50,259 nucleotides of DNA from Chloroflexota bacterium (GCA_043819155.1 JBDRFC010000001.1:1-50259); one strand, 5' to 3'; shown: positions 26,664-36,581, numbered from the stretch's first letter. The notes: a model not told the origin generated them from the letters alone. Program-made: numbers and translations.

Positions 26664-27199
26664 CTCCGCCTCTTTCGCCGCCCTCCGGTCAGGGCTTTCT
26701 TTTCGTCATCCGGCAGAAGAGATAGCTGATCACCCGTCTGGGCTACTTCAACACCGGCATCTATAAGGGTATCCACTTCCTGTTTCAGGTCTGTAATATC
26801 GGTAAAATCGCGATAAATGCTGGCAAAGCGTATATAGGCAATATAATCCAGCTCTCTTAACCTCTCCATTACCATATCACCGATTGTAAAACTGGCTATC
26901 TCTGCCTTGCCCAACTGGTAAAGCTGGGCTTCTATATCATCCGCTATCTTGTCAACGGCGCCGGCCGGTAGCGGCCGTTTCTCACAGGCTTTACGGATAC
27001 CAGCCAGCAGCTTATCTTTATTAAAATCCTCACGCCGCCTATCTTTTTTTACCACAAAAAGGTTGCCCGGCAGCACGCGTTCATAGGTGGTGAAGCGCGA
27101 ATTACATTCCGTGCATTGACGCCGTCGGCGTACGCCATCATTCACGTCCCGGGAATCTATAACCCTGGAATCCTCGCTATCACAATAGGGGCATTTCAT
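26660..27199 (-). CDS. nrdR: transcriptional repressor NrdR (Zn ribbon + ATP-cone)
   Basis: It has MKCPYCDSEDSRVIDSR...RRRRQCTECNSRFTTYE followed by an ATP-cone. Its stop overlaps the nrdJ start (ATGA). Confidence 0.93.
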   Translation of the reverse strand: MKCPYCDSEDSRVIDSRDVNDGVRRRRQCTECNSRFTTYERVLPGNLFVVKKDRRREDFNKDKLLAGIRKACEKRPLPAGAVDKIADDIEAQLYQLGKAEIASFTIGDMVMERLRELDYIAYIRFASIYRDFTDITDLKQEVDTLIDAGVEVAQTGDQLSLLPDDEKKALTGGRRKRRR

Positions 27200-27208
27200 C
27201 GCGATAAC

Positions 27209-27262
27209 CTACAGTATATAGTATAACCAGAGAAAAATACCACAATATATAGTGTTTGTCAA
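27209..27262 (-). promoter_or_regulatory. nrdR-nrdJ promoter with two NrdR boxes
   Basis: On the minus strand: TTGACA (27262-27257), then a 17-nt spacer containing the NrdR box ACACTATATATTGTGG (27255-27240), then TATTTT (27239-27234). A second, weaker box ATACTATATACTGTAG (27224-27209) lies in the 5' UTR. The box centres are 31 bp apart. Confidence 0.7.
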
Positions 27263-27292
27263 GCTCCATTATGGTTATTTTTAAGAATAAAA

Positions 27293-27322
27293 AAGGCTGT
27301 AGGATATCTATCCTACAGCCTT
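27293..27322 (-). terminator. rho-independent terminator after ftsZ
   Basis: 30-nt perfect palindrome AAGGCTGTAGGATA-TC-TATCCTACAGCCTT. On the minus strand it is followed by TTTTATTCTT. Confidence 0.75.
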
Positions 27323-27371
27323 CTGGCTGGTATCTGGCTCCACCCGGATTAACGGATAAAACCGGATATTT

Positions 27372-28511
27372 CTATTTAAACCATTTTCTTGAAGATTGAA
27401 CCGGTTGAAGGGTTACCTTATCTGCTGACGTTATCGCCTGATGCTGGCGGCTGAATAACGGCTGCCGCAGGAATGAGGGAACATCCAGCTCATCCTCAGT
27501 CTTTATATTCTTAAGCTGCTTTGTTATCTCGTCTTCGTCCGATTCACCATCGAATTCGGTCTTTGAGACGAAGCCGGTAGCAATCAGGGTAATTCTGACA
27601 TCATTGCCCATACTGGGGTCGTGCGCTACACCAAAGATAATATTGGCATCCGGATCTACTGCCTGCCGGATAACTTCAGCAGCCTCGTTGACCTCAAAGA
27701 GGGTCAGGTCGCTGCCGCCGACAATATTGAACAGTACTCCTTTTGAACCCTCGATTGTAACATCCAACAGTGGGCTGGCAAGGGCTTCCTTGGCTGCATC
27801 TACAGCCCGGTTCTTGTTGGAACCGTGGCCAATGGACATCCAGGCAGGACCGGCGTTCTTCATTACAGCGCTGACATCGGCAAAGTCAAGGTTAATCATA
27901 CCGGGAACGGTAATTACCTCTGAGATAGCCTGAACGCCATGGTGCAATACATCGTCAGCCATTTTGAAAGCACTGTCGACACCCGTCTTCTGGTCACAGA
28001 GGTCCAGCAGACGGTCATTGGGGATAATAATCAGCGTATCGACCTTGCCTAATAACTTGCTGATGCCATCCTTGGCAACTTCTGTACGATGAACACCCTC
28101 AAAGCTGAACGGTTTGGTAACCACGGCAATGGTAAGTGCGCCGCTCTCTTTGGCTACCTCAGCGATTACCGAGGCGGCACCTGTGCCGGTACCACCGCCC
28201 ATACCGGCGGTGATAAATACCATATCGGCTCCGCAGACAAGCTCCTTGAGCTCGTCTCTACTTTCTTCTGCCGCTTTCTGGCCCATCTGGTGGTTACCAC
28301 CGACACCCAATCCCTTTGTCAGCTTTTCACCAAGCTGAATGCGGATCGGGGCTTCGGTAATAGCCAGAGCCTGGGCATCGGTATTCATGGCAATAAACTC
28401 GACACCCTGTATCTCTTCCCTGACCATACGGGTAACAGCGTTACAGCCACCACCACCTAGACCTATAACCTTAATCTTGGCTGGGTTTGGGACAAAACTT
28501 GTTTTTGCCAT
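27372..28511 (-). CDS. ftsZ: cell division protein FtsZ
   Basis: It has GLGGGGCNAV, the tubulin signature GGGTGTGA, and a conserved C-terminal peptide. Confidence 0.95.
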   Translation of the reverse strand: MAKTSFVPNPAKIKVIGLGGGGCNAVTRMVREEIQGVEFIAMNTDAQALAITEAPIRIQLGEKLTKGLGVGGNHQMGQKAAEESRDELKELVCGADMVFITAGMGGGTGTGAASVIAEVAKESGALTIAVVTKPFSFEGVHRTEVAKDGISKLLGKVDTLIIIPNDRLLDLCDQKTGVDSAFKMADDVLHHGVQAISEVITVPGMINLDFADVSAVMKNAGPAWMSIGHGSNKNRAVDAAKEALASPLLDVTIEGSKGVLFNIVGGSDLTLFEVNEAAEVIRQAVDPDANIIFGVAHDPSMGNDVRITLIATGFVSKTEFDGESDEDEITKQLKNIKTEDELDVPSFLRQPLFSRQHQAITSADKVTLQPVQSSRKWFK

Positions 28512-28561
28512 TTCCTCCTCCTTATTCTTCTACTATAATTTGTAAATATTTATTCTGCATA

Positions 28562-29785
28562 TTAAAAGCTAAACAGCTTATTAATACTATAAGCCAGTTT
28601 TTGCATTCTTGAAGTAAACCATCCACCCGTCCACTTCTTCCGATTGCCCCTGTTCTTGGCTCCCCAGAGCAGCAAACCAACACTGGTAGCATAAGCGGGG
28701 TCGCAAACGGCATCAGTAATACCGGAAACATGGGTAGGAATACCAACCCTGACCGGCAGTTTCAGTATTTCACGACCCAGTGTCTCTATACCGGATAAGT
28801 TAGAGCTGCCACCGGTAAGAACCAGCCCAGCCGGCACAAGTGCCTCATAATCAGAGCGAGGCATCTCAAGCAAGATAAGCCTCAGTATTTCCTCAACACG
28901 AGCGCGGATAATGTCGCACAGGTCCTGATAGGATATACCATGTCCATCCTCTGATATCGGGCTGGGAGTCTCCATCCTGCTCTCATAGACCGGCATAACA
29001 CTTCCATACCTCTTCTTCATCTCTTCAGCTACCTCAAAAGGCAATCCCAGACCAATGGCAACATCACGGGTAAGCTGATAACCGGCTACTGGAAGTATGG
29101 CGGAATGCCATATACTCCCGTCCTTGAAAACACAGATATCCGTGGTGCCGCCACCGATATCAGCCAGAATAACGCCGACTTCTTTCTCATCCTGTGTCAA
29201 TACCGCTTCGCTTGAAGCCAGGGGCTCCAGCACCAGGTCATCAATATCAATGCCAATACCACGGATACACTTTACCAGATTTTGGATGGAAGTCGCCGCC
29301 GCTGTAACAATGTGTGTTTCAACATCCAGCCTGAAACCGTGCATGCCCACCGGGTTCTTAACTCCGACTTGCCCATCAACAGCATACCCACGGGGTATAA
29401 CATGCAGCAGTTTCCTGTCGCTGGGAATCCTGATGCTCTGAGCGGTATTAAGCACCCGCCTGAGGTCATCAGGGCGTACCAGCCGGTCATTACGGGTAAT
29501 AGCAACCACTCCCCTGTTGTTTACCGAGTCGACATGCCTTCCGGTAACGCCGACAAAAGCCGAATCCACCTTGTAATTGCAAGCCTGTTCTGCTTTACTG
29601 ACAGACTCTCGGATCGCCTCTCTGGCGTCCTTGATGTTGACCACCAAACCCTTATGCAAACCATGAGACGGGCTGACACCAACACCGACAATACGGACGC
29701 CCATATTGTCACTTACTTCGGATATGGTGGTGCATATCTTGGTGGTTCCTACATCAATTGAGGTTATTATAGAACGCTTATCCAT
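28562..29785 (-). CDS. ftsA: cell division protein FtsA
   Basis: It has the actin-fold motifs SIDVGTTKI, DIGGGTTD and LTGGSS, plus a C-terminal amphipathic helix. Confidence 0.9.
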   Translation of the reverse strand: MDKRSIITSIDVGTTKICTTISEVSDNMGVRIVGVGVSPSHGLHKGLVVNIKDAREAIRESVSKAEQACNYKVDSAFVGVTGRHVDSVNNRGVVAITRNDRLVRPDDLRRVLNTAQSIRIPSDRKLLHVIPRGYAVDGQVGVKNPVGMHGFRLDVETHIVTAAATSIQNLVKCIRGIGIDIDDLVLEPLASSEAVLTQDEKEVGVILADIGGGTTDICVFKDGSIWHSAILPVAGYQLTRDVAIGLGLPFEVAEEMKKRYGSVMPVYESRMETPSPISEDGHGISYQDLCDIIRARVEEILRLILLEMPRSDYEALVPAGLVLTGGSSNLSGIETLGREILKLPVRVGIPTHVSGITDAVCDPAYATSVGLLLWGAKNRGNRKKWTGGWFTSRMQKLAYSINKLFSF

Positions 29786-29875
29786 CTGACTCCTCCTTTT
29801 TTATAACTATATTCAGACTCCCTTGAGTTTCTTATTTTCACATCTCTAAACCTCCCCGTTCGGGTATTCTTTTAA

Positions 29876-30922
29876 TTAATTAACTAAAGAAGCTTTCTTT
29901 AATTTTTTAAATAGAAACTTCTTGCGCCACGCCCCGGTATCTACTTTACCTAAAAAACACAACCGTTCAGCCGTTTCAAACCATTCTTCATTAGTTACGA
30001 CACGCTCGACTACTCTCAATTTGGCACTGCGGCTACGCGGATTTATTTTAACCTCCTCTATAGAAGGGGAAATGGCTTTCTTTGTTATCAACCTGAGGCG
30101 GGCGGTATGATTACAAGTGCAACTCATTGACTGCGGTGGGCAAATACAGTCGCTTGACTCCTGTTTGAAAAATCTCTTTACAATGCGGTCTTCCAGAGAG
30201 TGATAGCTGATGACAACCAGTCTTCCCTCAAAACCAAGCAGATTCACAGCCTGTTTCAGTACCAGCTCCAGATGCTTCAGTTCATCATTGACCGCTATTC
30301 TAAGCGCCTGGAATGTCTTTGTCGCCGGGTGGATTTTACCCCTCCTTGAGCCAACAGCCCTTTCTACAAGCTGTGCCAGTTCAAGGGTGGTCTTTATGGG
30401 ACGTTCATTCATAATATATCTGGCTATACGGCGGCTATAGCCTTCCTCGCCGTATTCCCAGATAAGCCGAGCCAATTCAGCCTCGGCAAAAGTGTTAACT
30501 ATATCGGCTGCAGTAATCTCCTGGTCTGGATTGAAGCGCATATCGAGGGGCGCTCCATACTGAAAACTGAAACCTCGGTTACTTCCGTTTAGTTGTAGAG
30601 AAGAAAGCCCCAAGTCAAACAGTACACCATGGACCGGCTTAAAATCATTCTTAATGCAGATAGCTTCCAGATTAACGAAGTTATCATTAACAAGCAGCAC
30701 AGAGCCGCCATAGGCTTTAAGCCTCGTTTGTGCAACTTTTATTGCTTCGGGATCGGCATCTATACCTAACAGCTGTCCGCCGGGTGCGCTGTGCTCCATA
30801 ATAGCAGCCGCATGTCCGCCGCCACCGAGGGTGCAATCTATGTAACGTCCGCCAGGCTGAATTGATAGTGATTCTATAGCCTCCTTTAGCATTACCGGGG
30901 TATGATGTGAAGATATTATCAT
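29876..30922 (-). CDS. rsmH: 16S rRNA (cytosine1402-N4)-methyltransferase RsmH/MraW
   Basis: It has [26 protein letters not shown] and ISYHSLEDR. The start is chosen at ATG 30922 (GTG 30928 is also possible). The track ORF start at 31021 would overlap mraZ by 94 nt. Confidence 0.88.
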   Translation of the reverse strand: MIISSHHTPVMLKEAIESLSIQPGGRYIDCTLGGGGHAAAIMEHSAPGGQLLGIDADPEAIKVAQTRLKAYGGSVLLVNDNFVNLEAICIKNDFKPVHGVLFDLGLSSLQLNGSNRGFSFQYGAPLDMRFNPDQEITAADIVNTFAEAELARLIWEYGEEGYSRRIARYIMNERPIKTTLELAQLVERAVGSRRGKIHPATKTFQALRIAVNDELKHLELVLKQAVNLLGFEGRLVVISYHSLEDRIVKRFFKQESSDCICPPQSMSCTCNHTARLRLITKKAISPSIEEVKINPRSRSAKLRVVERVVTNEEWFETAERLCFLGKVDTGAWRKKFLFKKLKKASLVN

Positions 30923-30927
30923 CTCCA

Positions 30928-31362
30928 CTAAACCCCTTCGTGATCCTCCAGGCTCTCTATAATTTGCCACATCTGCTCCTTGCTGGTAGCCTTCTCTTCC
31001 TCCCAGTGAACGCTGTTCCACAACTCTAGATAATTGTTGGTGCCGATGACAACCACTTCATCTACAATCTCGGCATTTTCACGCAACGATGCAGGAAGGC
31101 TGATTCTACCCTGTCCATCCAGACTAAGGTAAGAAGCGGTGGCAAATAGAGCCCGGTTCAACTGCCTCAATTTACTGCGGGTAACAGTACCGCCGGTAAA
31201 CGAAGTGGCTACTTTCTTCCACTCCGATACCGGATAGACAGTAATACACTTCTCTACTCCCGGTATTAATACCACTCCGTCTTTCAGGTGAGTCCTGAAG
31301 CGAGGGGGGAGGGGAATTCTACCCTTCTCGTCTATCTTGTATTCATACTCACCGAAAAACAT
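30928..31362 (-). CDS. mraZ: transcriptional regulator MraZ
   Basis: It has [19 protein letters not shown] and a second DGQGRISLP SpoVT/AbrB repeat. The ATG at 31362 is better spaced from the AGAGGG SD than the one at 31368. Confidence 0.9.
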   Translation of the reverse strand: MFFGEYEYKIDEKGRIPLPPRFRTHLKDGVVLIPGVEKCITVYPVSEWKKVATSFTGGTVTRSKLRQLNRALFATASYLSLDGQGRISLPASLRENAEIVDEVVVIGTNNYLELWNSVHWEEEKATSKEQMWQIIESLEDHEGV

Positions 31363-31420
31363 ATACATTACCCTCTTTGTGCTCTACGAAACCTATCAAC
31401 CGTTGGAATTAAATACAATT

Positions 31421-31444
31421 CCCTACTTCCCCACTTCATCCCAC
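31421..31444 (-). promoter_or_regulatory. candidate MraZ operator: three phased (G)TGGG-type direct repeats upstream of mraZ
   Basis: The minus strand reads GTGGGatgaaGTGGGgaagTAGGG, with repeat starts spaced 10 and 9-10 nt apart, about 60-80 nt upstream of mraZ. Confidence 0.5.
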
Positions 31445-31618
31445 TTTCTACCATTCTACAACACTTTGACCTACGTTTGTCAATACTTTTACAACAATTT
31501 TTTTGGAATTTAATAATTTTCCCTATATACCTGCTGTTATGGTAAAATAGTACTCACTTTAACACAGCCACAATTAAGTCATAAGAAGTTACTAACCCCG
31601 AATCACAGGAGATAAAAA

Positions 31619-32383
31619 TTGCGAATTGACATTCTAACCCTGTTCCCTCAAATATTTGAGCAGCCGTTCAAAACCGGCATTTTCCAGCGGGCTATAGATA
31701 ACGGGCTGGTTAAGGTCAATATCTACAACATCCGGGATTACACCCACGACAAACACCATATCGTTGATGATTATACCTACGGCGGCGGTGCTGGTATGGT
31801 ATTGAAGCCGGAACCAATCTTTGAAGCGGTGGAGGATATAAAGAGGGGGACGGATGCAAAAGAAGATGAACCTTCTGTTATATTGTTAACCCCGCAAGGC
31901 CGTCCTTTTTCCCAGGCCGTCGCCCGGGAACTATCACACAACAACCACCTTATACTGATCTGCGGTCATTATGAAGGCGTTGACGAGCGGGTACACGAAC
32001 ACCTGGCTACAGACGAGATCAGTATCGGTGATTATGTACTCAGCGGCGGTGAGCCGGCGGCTATGGTGGTCATTGATGCCGTCACCAGGTTAATACCGGG
32101 TGTTCTCGGTTCGGAAGAGTCCCTTAAAGACGATTCGCATACAGACGGATTACTGGAGTATCCGCAATATACCCGCCCGGCGGTTTTCAGGGAGTGGCAG
32201 GTTCCAGATGTTCTGCTTTCCGGTAACCATGCCCGGATAGCAAAATGGCGCCGCCGGCAGTCTATTCTGCGTACTCTGAAGCGTCGCCCGGAAATGCTTG
32301 ATAAGGTTAAACTGAATACGGAGGAAAGACGGCTCATAGACCCGTCAATAACCGCAGCACCGGAAACAGAACTTGATAAATAA
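31619..32383 (+). CDS. trmD: tRNA (guanine37-N1)-methyltransferase
   Basis: It has [35 protein letters not shown] and [10 protein letters not shown]. The TTG start has an AGGAG SD. Confidence 0.93.
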   Translation: MRIDILTLFPQIFEQPFKTGIFQRAIDNGLVKVNIYNIRDYTHDKHHIVDDYTYGGGAGMVLKPEPIFEAVEDIKRGTDAKEDEPSVILLTPQGRPFSQAVARELSHNNHLILICGHYEGVDERVHEHLATDEISIGDYVLSGGEPAAMVVIDAVTRLIPGVLGSEESLKDDSHTDGLLEYPQYTRPAVFREWQVPDVLLSGNHARIAKWRRRQSILRTLKRRPEMLDKVKLNTEERRLIDPSITAAPETELDK

Positions 32384-32428
32384 CGCAGATAATGCTTTAC
32401 TATATATGATATAAAGGAGTCCTGCATA

Positions 32429-32785
32429 ATGAATACGGCATCACTTGTTGAAGTAAAACAAAACCCCGATATCCCCACCCTGTCCCCCGGCGACACGGTA
32501 AAAGTCAGCACTAAAATCATGGAGGGTGACAAGGAGCGCATACAGATATTTAGCGGGGTGGTAATCAAGATGCGCCAGGGTGCCGATGGCGGCAACTTCA
32601 CTGTAAGGCGGGTAGCTTACGGTGTCGGCGTCGAGCGTACTTTTCCATTCCTGTCGCCACTGGTTGCAAAGGTAGAAATAACACGCCACGGAAAAACTCG
32701 CCGTGCCAAGCTTTATTACCTGCGCGGTTTAAGCGGCAAAGCAGCCAGAATCAAGGAAAAACGCGTAATAAAAGAAAAGAAGTAG
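32429..32785 (+). CDS. rplS: 50S ribosomal protein L19
   Basis: It has [31 protein letters not shown]...RRAKLYYLR. Confidence 0.95.
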   Translation: MNTASLVEVKQNPDIPTLSPGDTVKVSTKIMEGDKERIQIFSGVVIKMRQGADGGNFTVRRVAYGVGVERTFPFLSPLVAKVEITRHGKTRRAKLYYLRGLSGKAARIKEKRVIKEKK

Positions 32786-32848
32786 AGACAGGTTCCGGCT
32801 GGATAAAACAGGCATTAGTCTGTGTCTTTAAGCTAAAATTCTATTGGA

Positions 32849-35281
32849 GTGCATCCATTGCCCTACGCTGAGGTTAGTGTTAGTTCACCAATAGCCCGGC
32901 GGCAGACCTTCAGCTATAGCATTCCCGACAGCTTAAACGTTGACATAGGGCAGGCAGTTTGGGTTCCCTTCGGCGATAAGGTCCTTCAGGGCATAGTTTT
33001 AGAACTGAGCCGGTACCCCTCGGTTGAACAAACCAGAGAGATTATCAGCGTTATAGATGACAACCCGCTGCTATCTCCAGCCCGTGTAAAACTGGCCCGC
33101 TGGTTAAGTGAATACTATTTATGCCCGCTTTCCGACGCCATTGCCCCCCTGCTGCCACCCGGATTTGAGCGCAAAACTACCACCTTCATCTCAGTAACGG
33201 CAACCGCCGATGATTACGATTTATCCTCCCTCTCCCCACCGCAAGGGCAGGTTTTGGAAACAACCCTCAAGCAGGATAAGGTAAGCCTTGGGCAACTGGA
33301 AAGATTACTGGGTAAAAAAAGAGCCCAGGCGATAGTATCGCAACTTGTGACACGCAACCTCATCACAAGAAGCCATCAGATTGAGCCTGTAAGAGTAAAA
33401 CCAAAGGAAGAACAATTCCTGAGCCTGGCTATAAATACAGATAAGGCACAACAGGAAATAACAAACCTGTATAACAAAAAGGCTGCCAGGCAGGCGGCTT
33501 TACTTGATTTACTGGCAAAGTCCGGCTCTGTATCCAAAACTGAAGCCGTTAAAAGCACCGGCTGCCAGACGGATACAGTCAGGACTCTTATAAAAAAGGG
33601 ATTTGTTAAAATACAAAATATTGAGGTAAAACGCCAGCCCATAGACTACCGAAATATAAAACCGTCATCGCCACTCAAGCCAACCGCCAAGCAACAAGAG
33701 GCCCTTGAAACCATTAAAAAGAGCCTGCGGCAGAATGAAGTAGCCACCTTTTTACTTCACGGGGTTACCGGCAGTGGCAAGACGGAGGTCTATTTGCAGG
33801 CTCTGGCTGAAGTATTGAAATTGGGCAAACAGGGTATTATGCTGGTACCCGAAATCTCACTCACTCCCCAGGCTATAGAGCGCTTCGCCAGCCGTTTTCC
33901 ACATAAAGTTACCATTATACATAGCCGCCTTTCCCTTGGGGAACAGTTCGACCAGTGGCGGCAGATAAGAGACGGCAAGTTTGATGTCGTCATTGGGGCG
34001 CGCAGCGCCATCTTCGCCCCACTGGCTAATTTAGGTTTGATAATTATTGACGAGGAACATGAATGGAACTACAAACAGGATATATCACCCAGATACCATA
34101 CCCGGAGTGTTGCCCGAAAACTAGCCGAGCTCGGTAAAGCGGTGGTTATCCTGGGCAGTGCCACCCCAGACGTGGAGACCTATTATCACGCCCAAATGGG
34201 AGAATACCACCTGATTGAGCTCCCCGAACGGATTACCCCACGGGAAGGTTCAGCCCTACCCCGGGTTGAATTAGTCGATATGAAAGATGAGCTGAAAGCA
34301 GGCAACAGGGGTATTTTCAGCCGCTCTCTCAAAACGGCAATAGATAAAGCCATCGGCAATAAGGAACAGGTAATATTATTTTTCAACCGGCGGGGGGCGG
34401 CAACCTTCATCCAGTGCCGCAACTGCGGCACGGTACTGCAATGCCGCCGCTGCCAGGTCTCACTTAAATATCACTCTGCCGAAGACGTCCTCGTCTGCCA
34501 CCAGTGCAACTATCGGCTGCCGGTGCCACAAACCTGTCCCCATTGCCACAGCAATCGGCTAAAGTTCCTCGGCTCCGGCACGCAAAAACTAGAAATGGAA
34601 GCCAGCCTTATCTTCCCACACGCCAGAATACTGCGCTGGGATAGTGACGCCATCCATGGGAAACATACCCACCAGGAAATCATGAACGGTTTCCGAAACC
34701 ACGAAGCCGATATACTTATAGGCACCCAGATGGTAGCCAAGGGACTTGATTTGCCCCGGGTTACCCTGGTCGGAGTGGTCAGTGCCGATACCGGGCTCAA
34801 CCTGCCCGATTTCCGCGCCGGCGAAAGGAGCTTCCAGCTTCTTTCCCAGGTGGCCGGCAGAGCCGGGCGGGGTATACTGGGCGGCAAGGTTCTCATCCAG
34901 ACCTTCTATCCCCAGCACTACGCCATCCAGGCGGCATTAGAACATGACTACGCTTCTTTCTACAATAAGGAGATTGCCTACCGCCGACAGCTTCACAACC
35001 CCCCCTTCTCCCGGATAGTCCGCCTTACTTACAGCCATACAAACGATGCCCTTTGTCATCGAGAAGCAGAGCGAATGAAGCGGCTACTAACCGCAGAGAT
35101 AGACGCCACCGGAACCGGTGATATCAGCCTGATTGGTCCGGCGCCGGCATTTATTCAGCGGCTAAGGGGCAGGTTTCGCTGGCAGCTCGTTCTCCGCGGT
35201 ATCGATATATCCACCTTCCTTTCCCAGGTAGATATCCCTGCGGGATGGGCGGTGGATGTTGACCCCATAGGACTTGCCTGA
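32849..35281 (+). CDS. priA: primosomal replication restart helicase PriA
   Basis: 810 aa. It has Walker A GVTGSGKTEVY and DEEH, the Cys-rich Zn region CRNCG..CRRC..CHQC..CPHC, and the C-terminal RFRWQLVLR. Confidence 0.93.
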   Translation: MHPLPYAEVSVSSPIARRQTFSYSIPDSLNVDIGQAVWVPFGDKVLQGIVLELSRYPSVEQTREIISVIDDNPLLSPARVKLARWLSEYYLCPLSDAIAPLLPPGFERKTTTFISVTATADDYDLSSLSPPQGQVLETTLKQDKVSLGQLERLLGKKRAQAIVSQLVTRNLITRSHQIEPVRVKPKEEQFLSLAINTDKAQQEITNLYNKKAARQAALLDLLAKSGSVSKTEAVKSTGCQTDTVRTLIKKGFVKIQNIEVKRQPIDYRNIKPSSPLKPTAKQQEALETIKKSLRQNEVATFLLHGVTGSGKTEVYLQALAEVLKLGKQGIMLVPEISLTPQAIERFASRFPHKVTIIHSRLSLGEQFDQWRQIRDGKFDVVIGARSAIFAPLANLGLIIIDEEHEWNYKQDISPRYHTRSVARKLAELGKAVVILGSATPDVETYYHAQMGEYHLIELPERITPREGSALPRVELVDMKDELKAGNRGIFSRSLKTAIDKAIGNKEQVILFFNRRGAATFIQCRNCGTVLQCRRCQVSLKYHSAEDVLVCHQCNYRLPVPQTCPHCHSNRLKFLGSGTQKLEMEASLIFPHARILRWDSDAIHGKHTHQEIMNGFRNHEADILIGTQMVAKGLDLPRVTLVGVVSADTGLNLPDFRAGERSFQLLSQVAGRAGRGILGGKVLIQTFYPQHYAIQAALEHDYASFYNKEIAYRRQLHNPPFSRIVRLTYSHTNDALCHREAERMKRLLTAEIDATGTGDISLIGPAPAFIQRLRGRFRWQLVLRGIDISTFLSQVDIPAGWAVDVDPIGLA

Positions 35282-35403
35282 TTGATTAAGGTATACCAAA
35301 GAATAAATAGAGACGTAGCGAAATATGGGGCAAAATCTCATTAAGATATAAGGGTTATCGAGTTTAACCTTAACGCTTTATCTCGTTTTGATTCTTTCTG
35401 TCA

Positions 35404-35577
35404 TTATTTATTTCTTTTTCCATACTCTTTTTTAATTACAGGATTCAGCTTCTTCATTCCATTCAGGTCGTCAAGTTGTTTCTGTAACTCCCGGTCAAGT
35501 ACGCGCACATAGCCAAAATTGGGTACAATAGATACTTCTTCCTTATGCCTTCGTTCTGGTTTAGCCTTTTTCGCCAT
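35404..35577 (-). CDS. small basic hypothetical protein (57 aa), not in ORF track
   Basis: An ATG at 35577 lies 33 nt downstream of the XRE gene stop. Translation: MAKKAKPERRHKEEVSIVPNFGYVRVLDRELQKQLDDLNGMKKLNPVIKKEYGKRNK. The SD is weak (AAGGAA). Confidence 0.35.
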   Translation of the reverse strand: MAKKAKPERRHKEEVSIVPNFGYVRVLDRELQKQLDDLNGMKKLNPVIKKEYGKRNK

Positions 35578-35610
35578 CTGTTTATTCCTTATAAATCTTA
35601 TAAATATAAT

Positions 35611-35862
35611 TCATCTTATGCTTCTTTGGGAACCCACCATAACCACCTCCTCAGAGGTCAGGTAGAACAGGTCATCCAGCCTGCAATCCGGGAAGGCTTT
35701 TATTGCCCCGACAATAAAACTTTGATTGATGCCGCGCTTACCCTCTTTCACCCGATAAATCTGGCTTACCGATATCCCCATCGCCTGTGCCATCTCCGAT
35801 AGATTTCTATAATTCGGGCGTTTCAGGTCAAAAACCTTTGTTTTAACTATCAAATCTATCAC
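35611..35862 (-). CDS. XRE-family helix-turn-helix protein
   Basis: The segment NLSEMAQAMGISVSQIYRVKEGKRGINQSFIVG is a Cro/C1-type HTH. The likely true start is TTG at 35853 (SD GGGGGTG). Confidence 0.7.
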   Translation of the reverse strand: MIDLIVKTKVFDLKRPNYRNLSEMAQAMGISVSQIYRVKEGKRGINQSFIVGAIKAFPDCRLDDLFYLTSEEVVMVGSQRSIR

Positions 35863-35925
35863 CCCCTATATGACTATAGGCTATATAAATAGCATATTAT
35901 TTGCCTTTTGTCAATATCTTAATTA

Positions 35926-35955
35926 AATAATTATGCTTTTTTTAGCATAATTATT
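35926..35955. promoter_or_regulatory. perfect 12-bp inverted repeat in the divergent XRE/XRE intergenic region (candidate operator)
   Basis: AATAATTATGCT-TTTTTT-AGCATAATTATT. It lies 12 nt upstream of the minus-strand -35 (TTGACA, 35914-35909). Confidence 0.45.
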
Positions 35956-36073
35956 ACCATATGGTGCTACATAGACTGCAACTATCCTCTTAAATGATTA
36001 AGAATGAAACGGGCTTCTTGCTGATTATTTTATATATTGCCTCTAGTCAAAATAAATATTTTTATTTTTCCTA

Positions 36074-36102
36074 TTGACTTTTGCCATTTGGCGAATTATA
36101 AT
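36074..36102 (+). promoter_or_regulatory. consensus sigma70 promoter giving a (near-)leaderless mRNA
   Basis: TTGACT (36074-36079), exact 17-nt spacer, TATAAT (36097-36102). The ATG of the downstream XRE gene begins at 36112, only 10 nt after the -10, and no SD is present. Confidence 0.65.
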
Positions 36103-36111
36103 AACCCCATT

Positions 36112-36492
36112 ATGAGTACAGAAATCAGTCTCGGTGAAATAATCAGGCAACAAAGGGTTACAATGCCGCTAACACTGCAAGAGCTTGCCGACCAAGCGAA
36201 TGTATCACCATCCCACCTGGGTCGAATAGAGAGGGGTGAACGTTTCCCGTCAGCCCGTATTCTGCGGAAAATCGCCAAACCACTGGGTTTTGAAGAAGAT
36301 GAACTGTTCACACTGGCCGGTTACCTGTCCCCTCAATCCGGTTCGATTTCAGAAGAACAACCAGGCTACAGCGGTAGACGTCTGGACCCGTATGTCTCCA
36401 AGGTATTATCCCAGGAGACTGTCGAGGTTCAGCATGCTGTCATTGGCATTCTCTCCATGTTAAAGAGTATTGCTAAAAACATAGCTAAATAA
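36112..36492 (+). CDS. XRE-family helix-turn-helix protein (126 aa)
   Basis: It has LTLQELADQANVSPSHLGRIERGERFPSARILRKIAKPLG. The start is taken at ATG 36112 rather than the track start 36037, which lies upstream of the promoter. Confidence 0.75.
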   Translation: MSTEISLGEIIRQQRVTMPLTLQELADQANVSPSHLGRIERGERFPSARILRKIAKPLGFEEDELFTLAGYLSPQSGSISEEQPGYSGRRLDPYVSKVLSQETVEVQHAVIGILSMLKSIAKNIAK

Positions 36493-36581
36493 AACCGTCA
36501 AACACAGCTTCAGGTGATGCCCTATCTTCTTCAAGAACTACCTTGATAAATGAACGCCACTAGGGTATAGTTTAACCCTAG

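Noticed and set aside
32032-32601. 189-aa minus-strand ORF
   Set aside because: It is antisense across trmD and rplS, both unambiguous genes, so it is a shadow ORF.
36560-36581. 7-bp inverted repeat CTAGGGT-N8-ACCCTAG abutting the cca start
   Set aside because: It has a short stem, no T-tract and no second copy. That is insufficient to call a terminator or operator.
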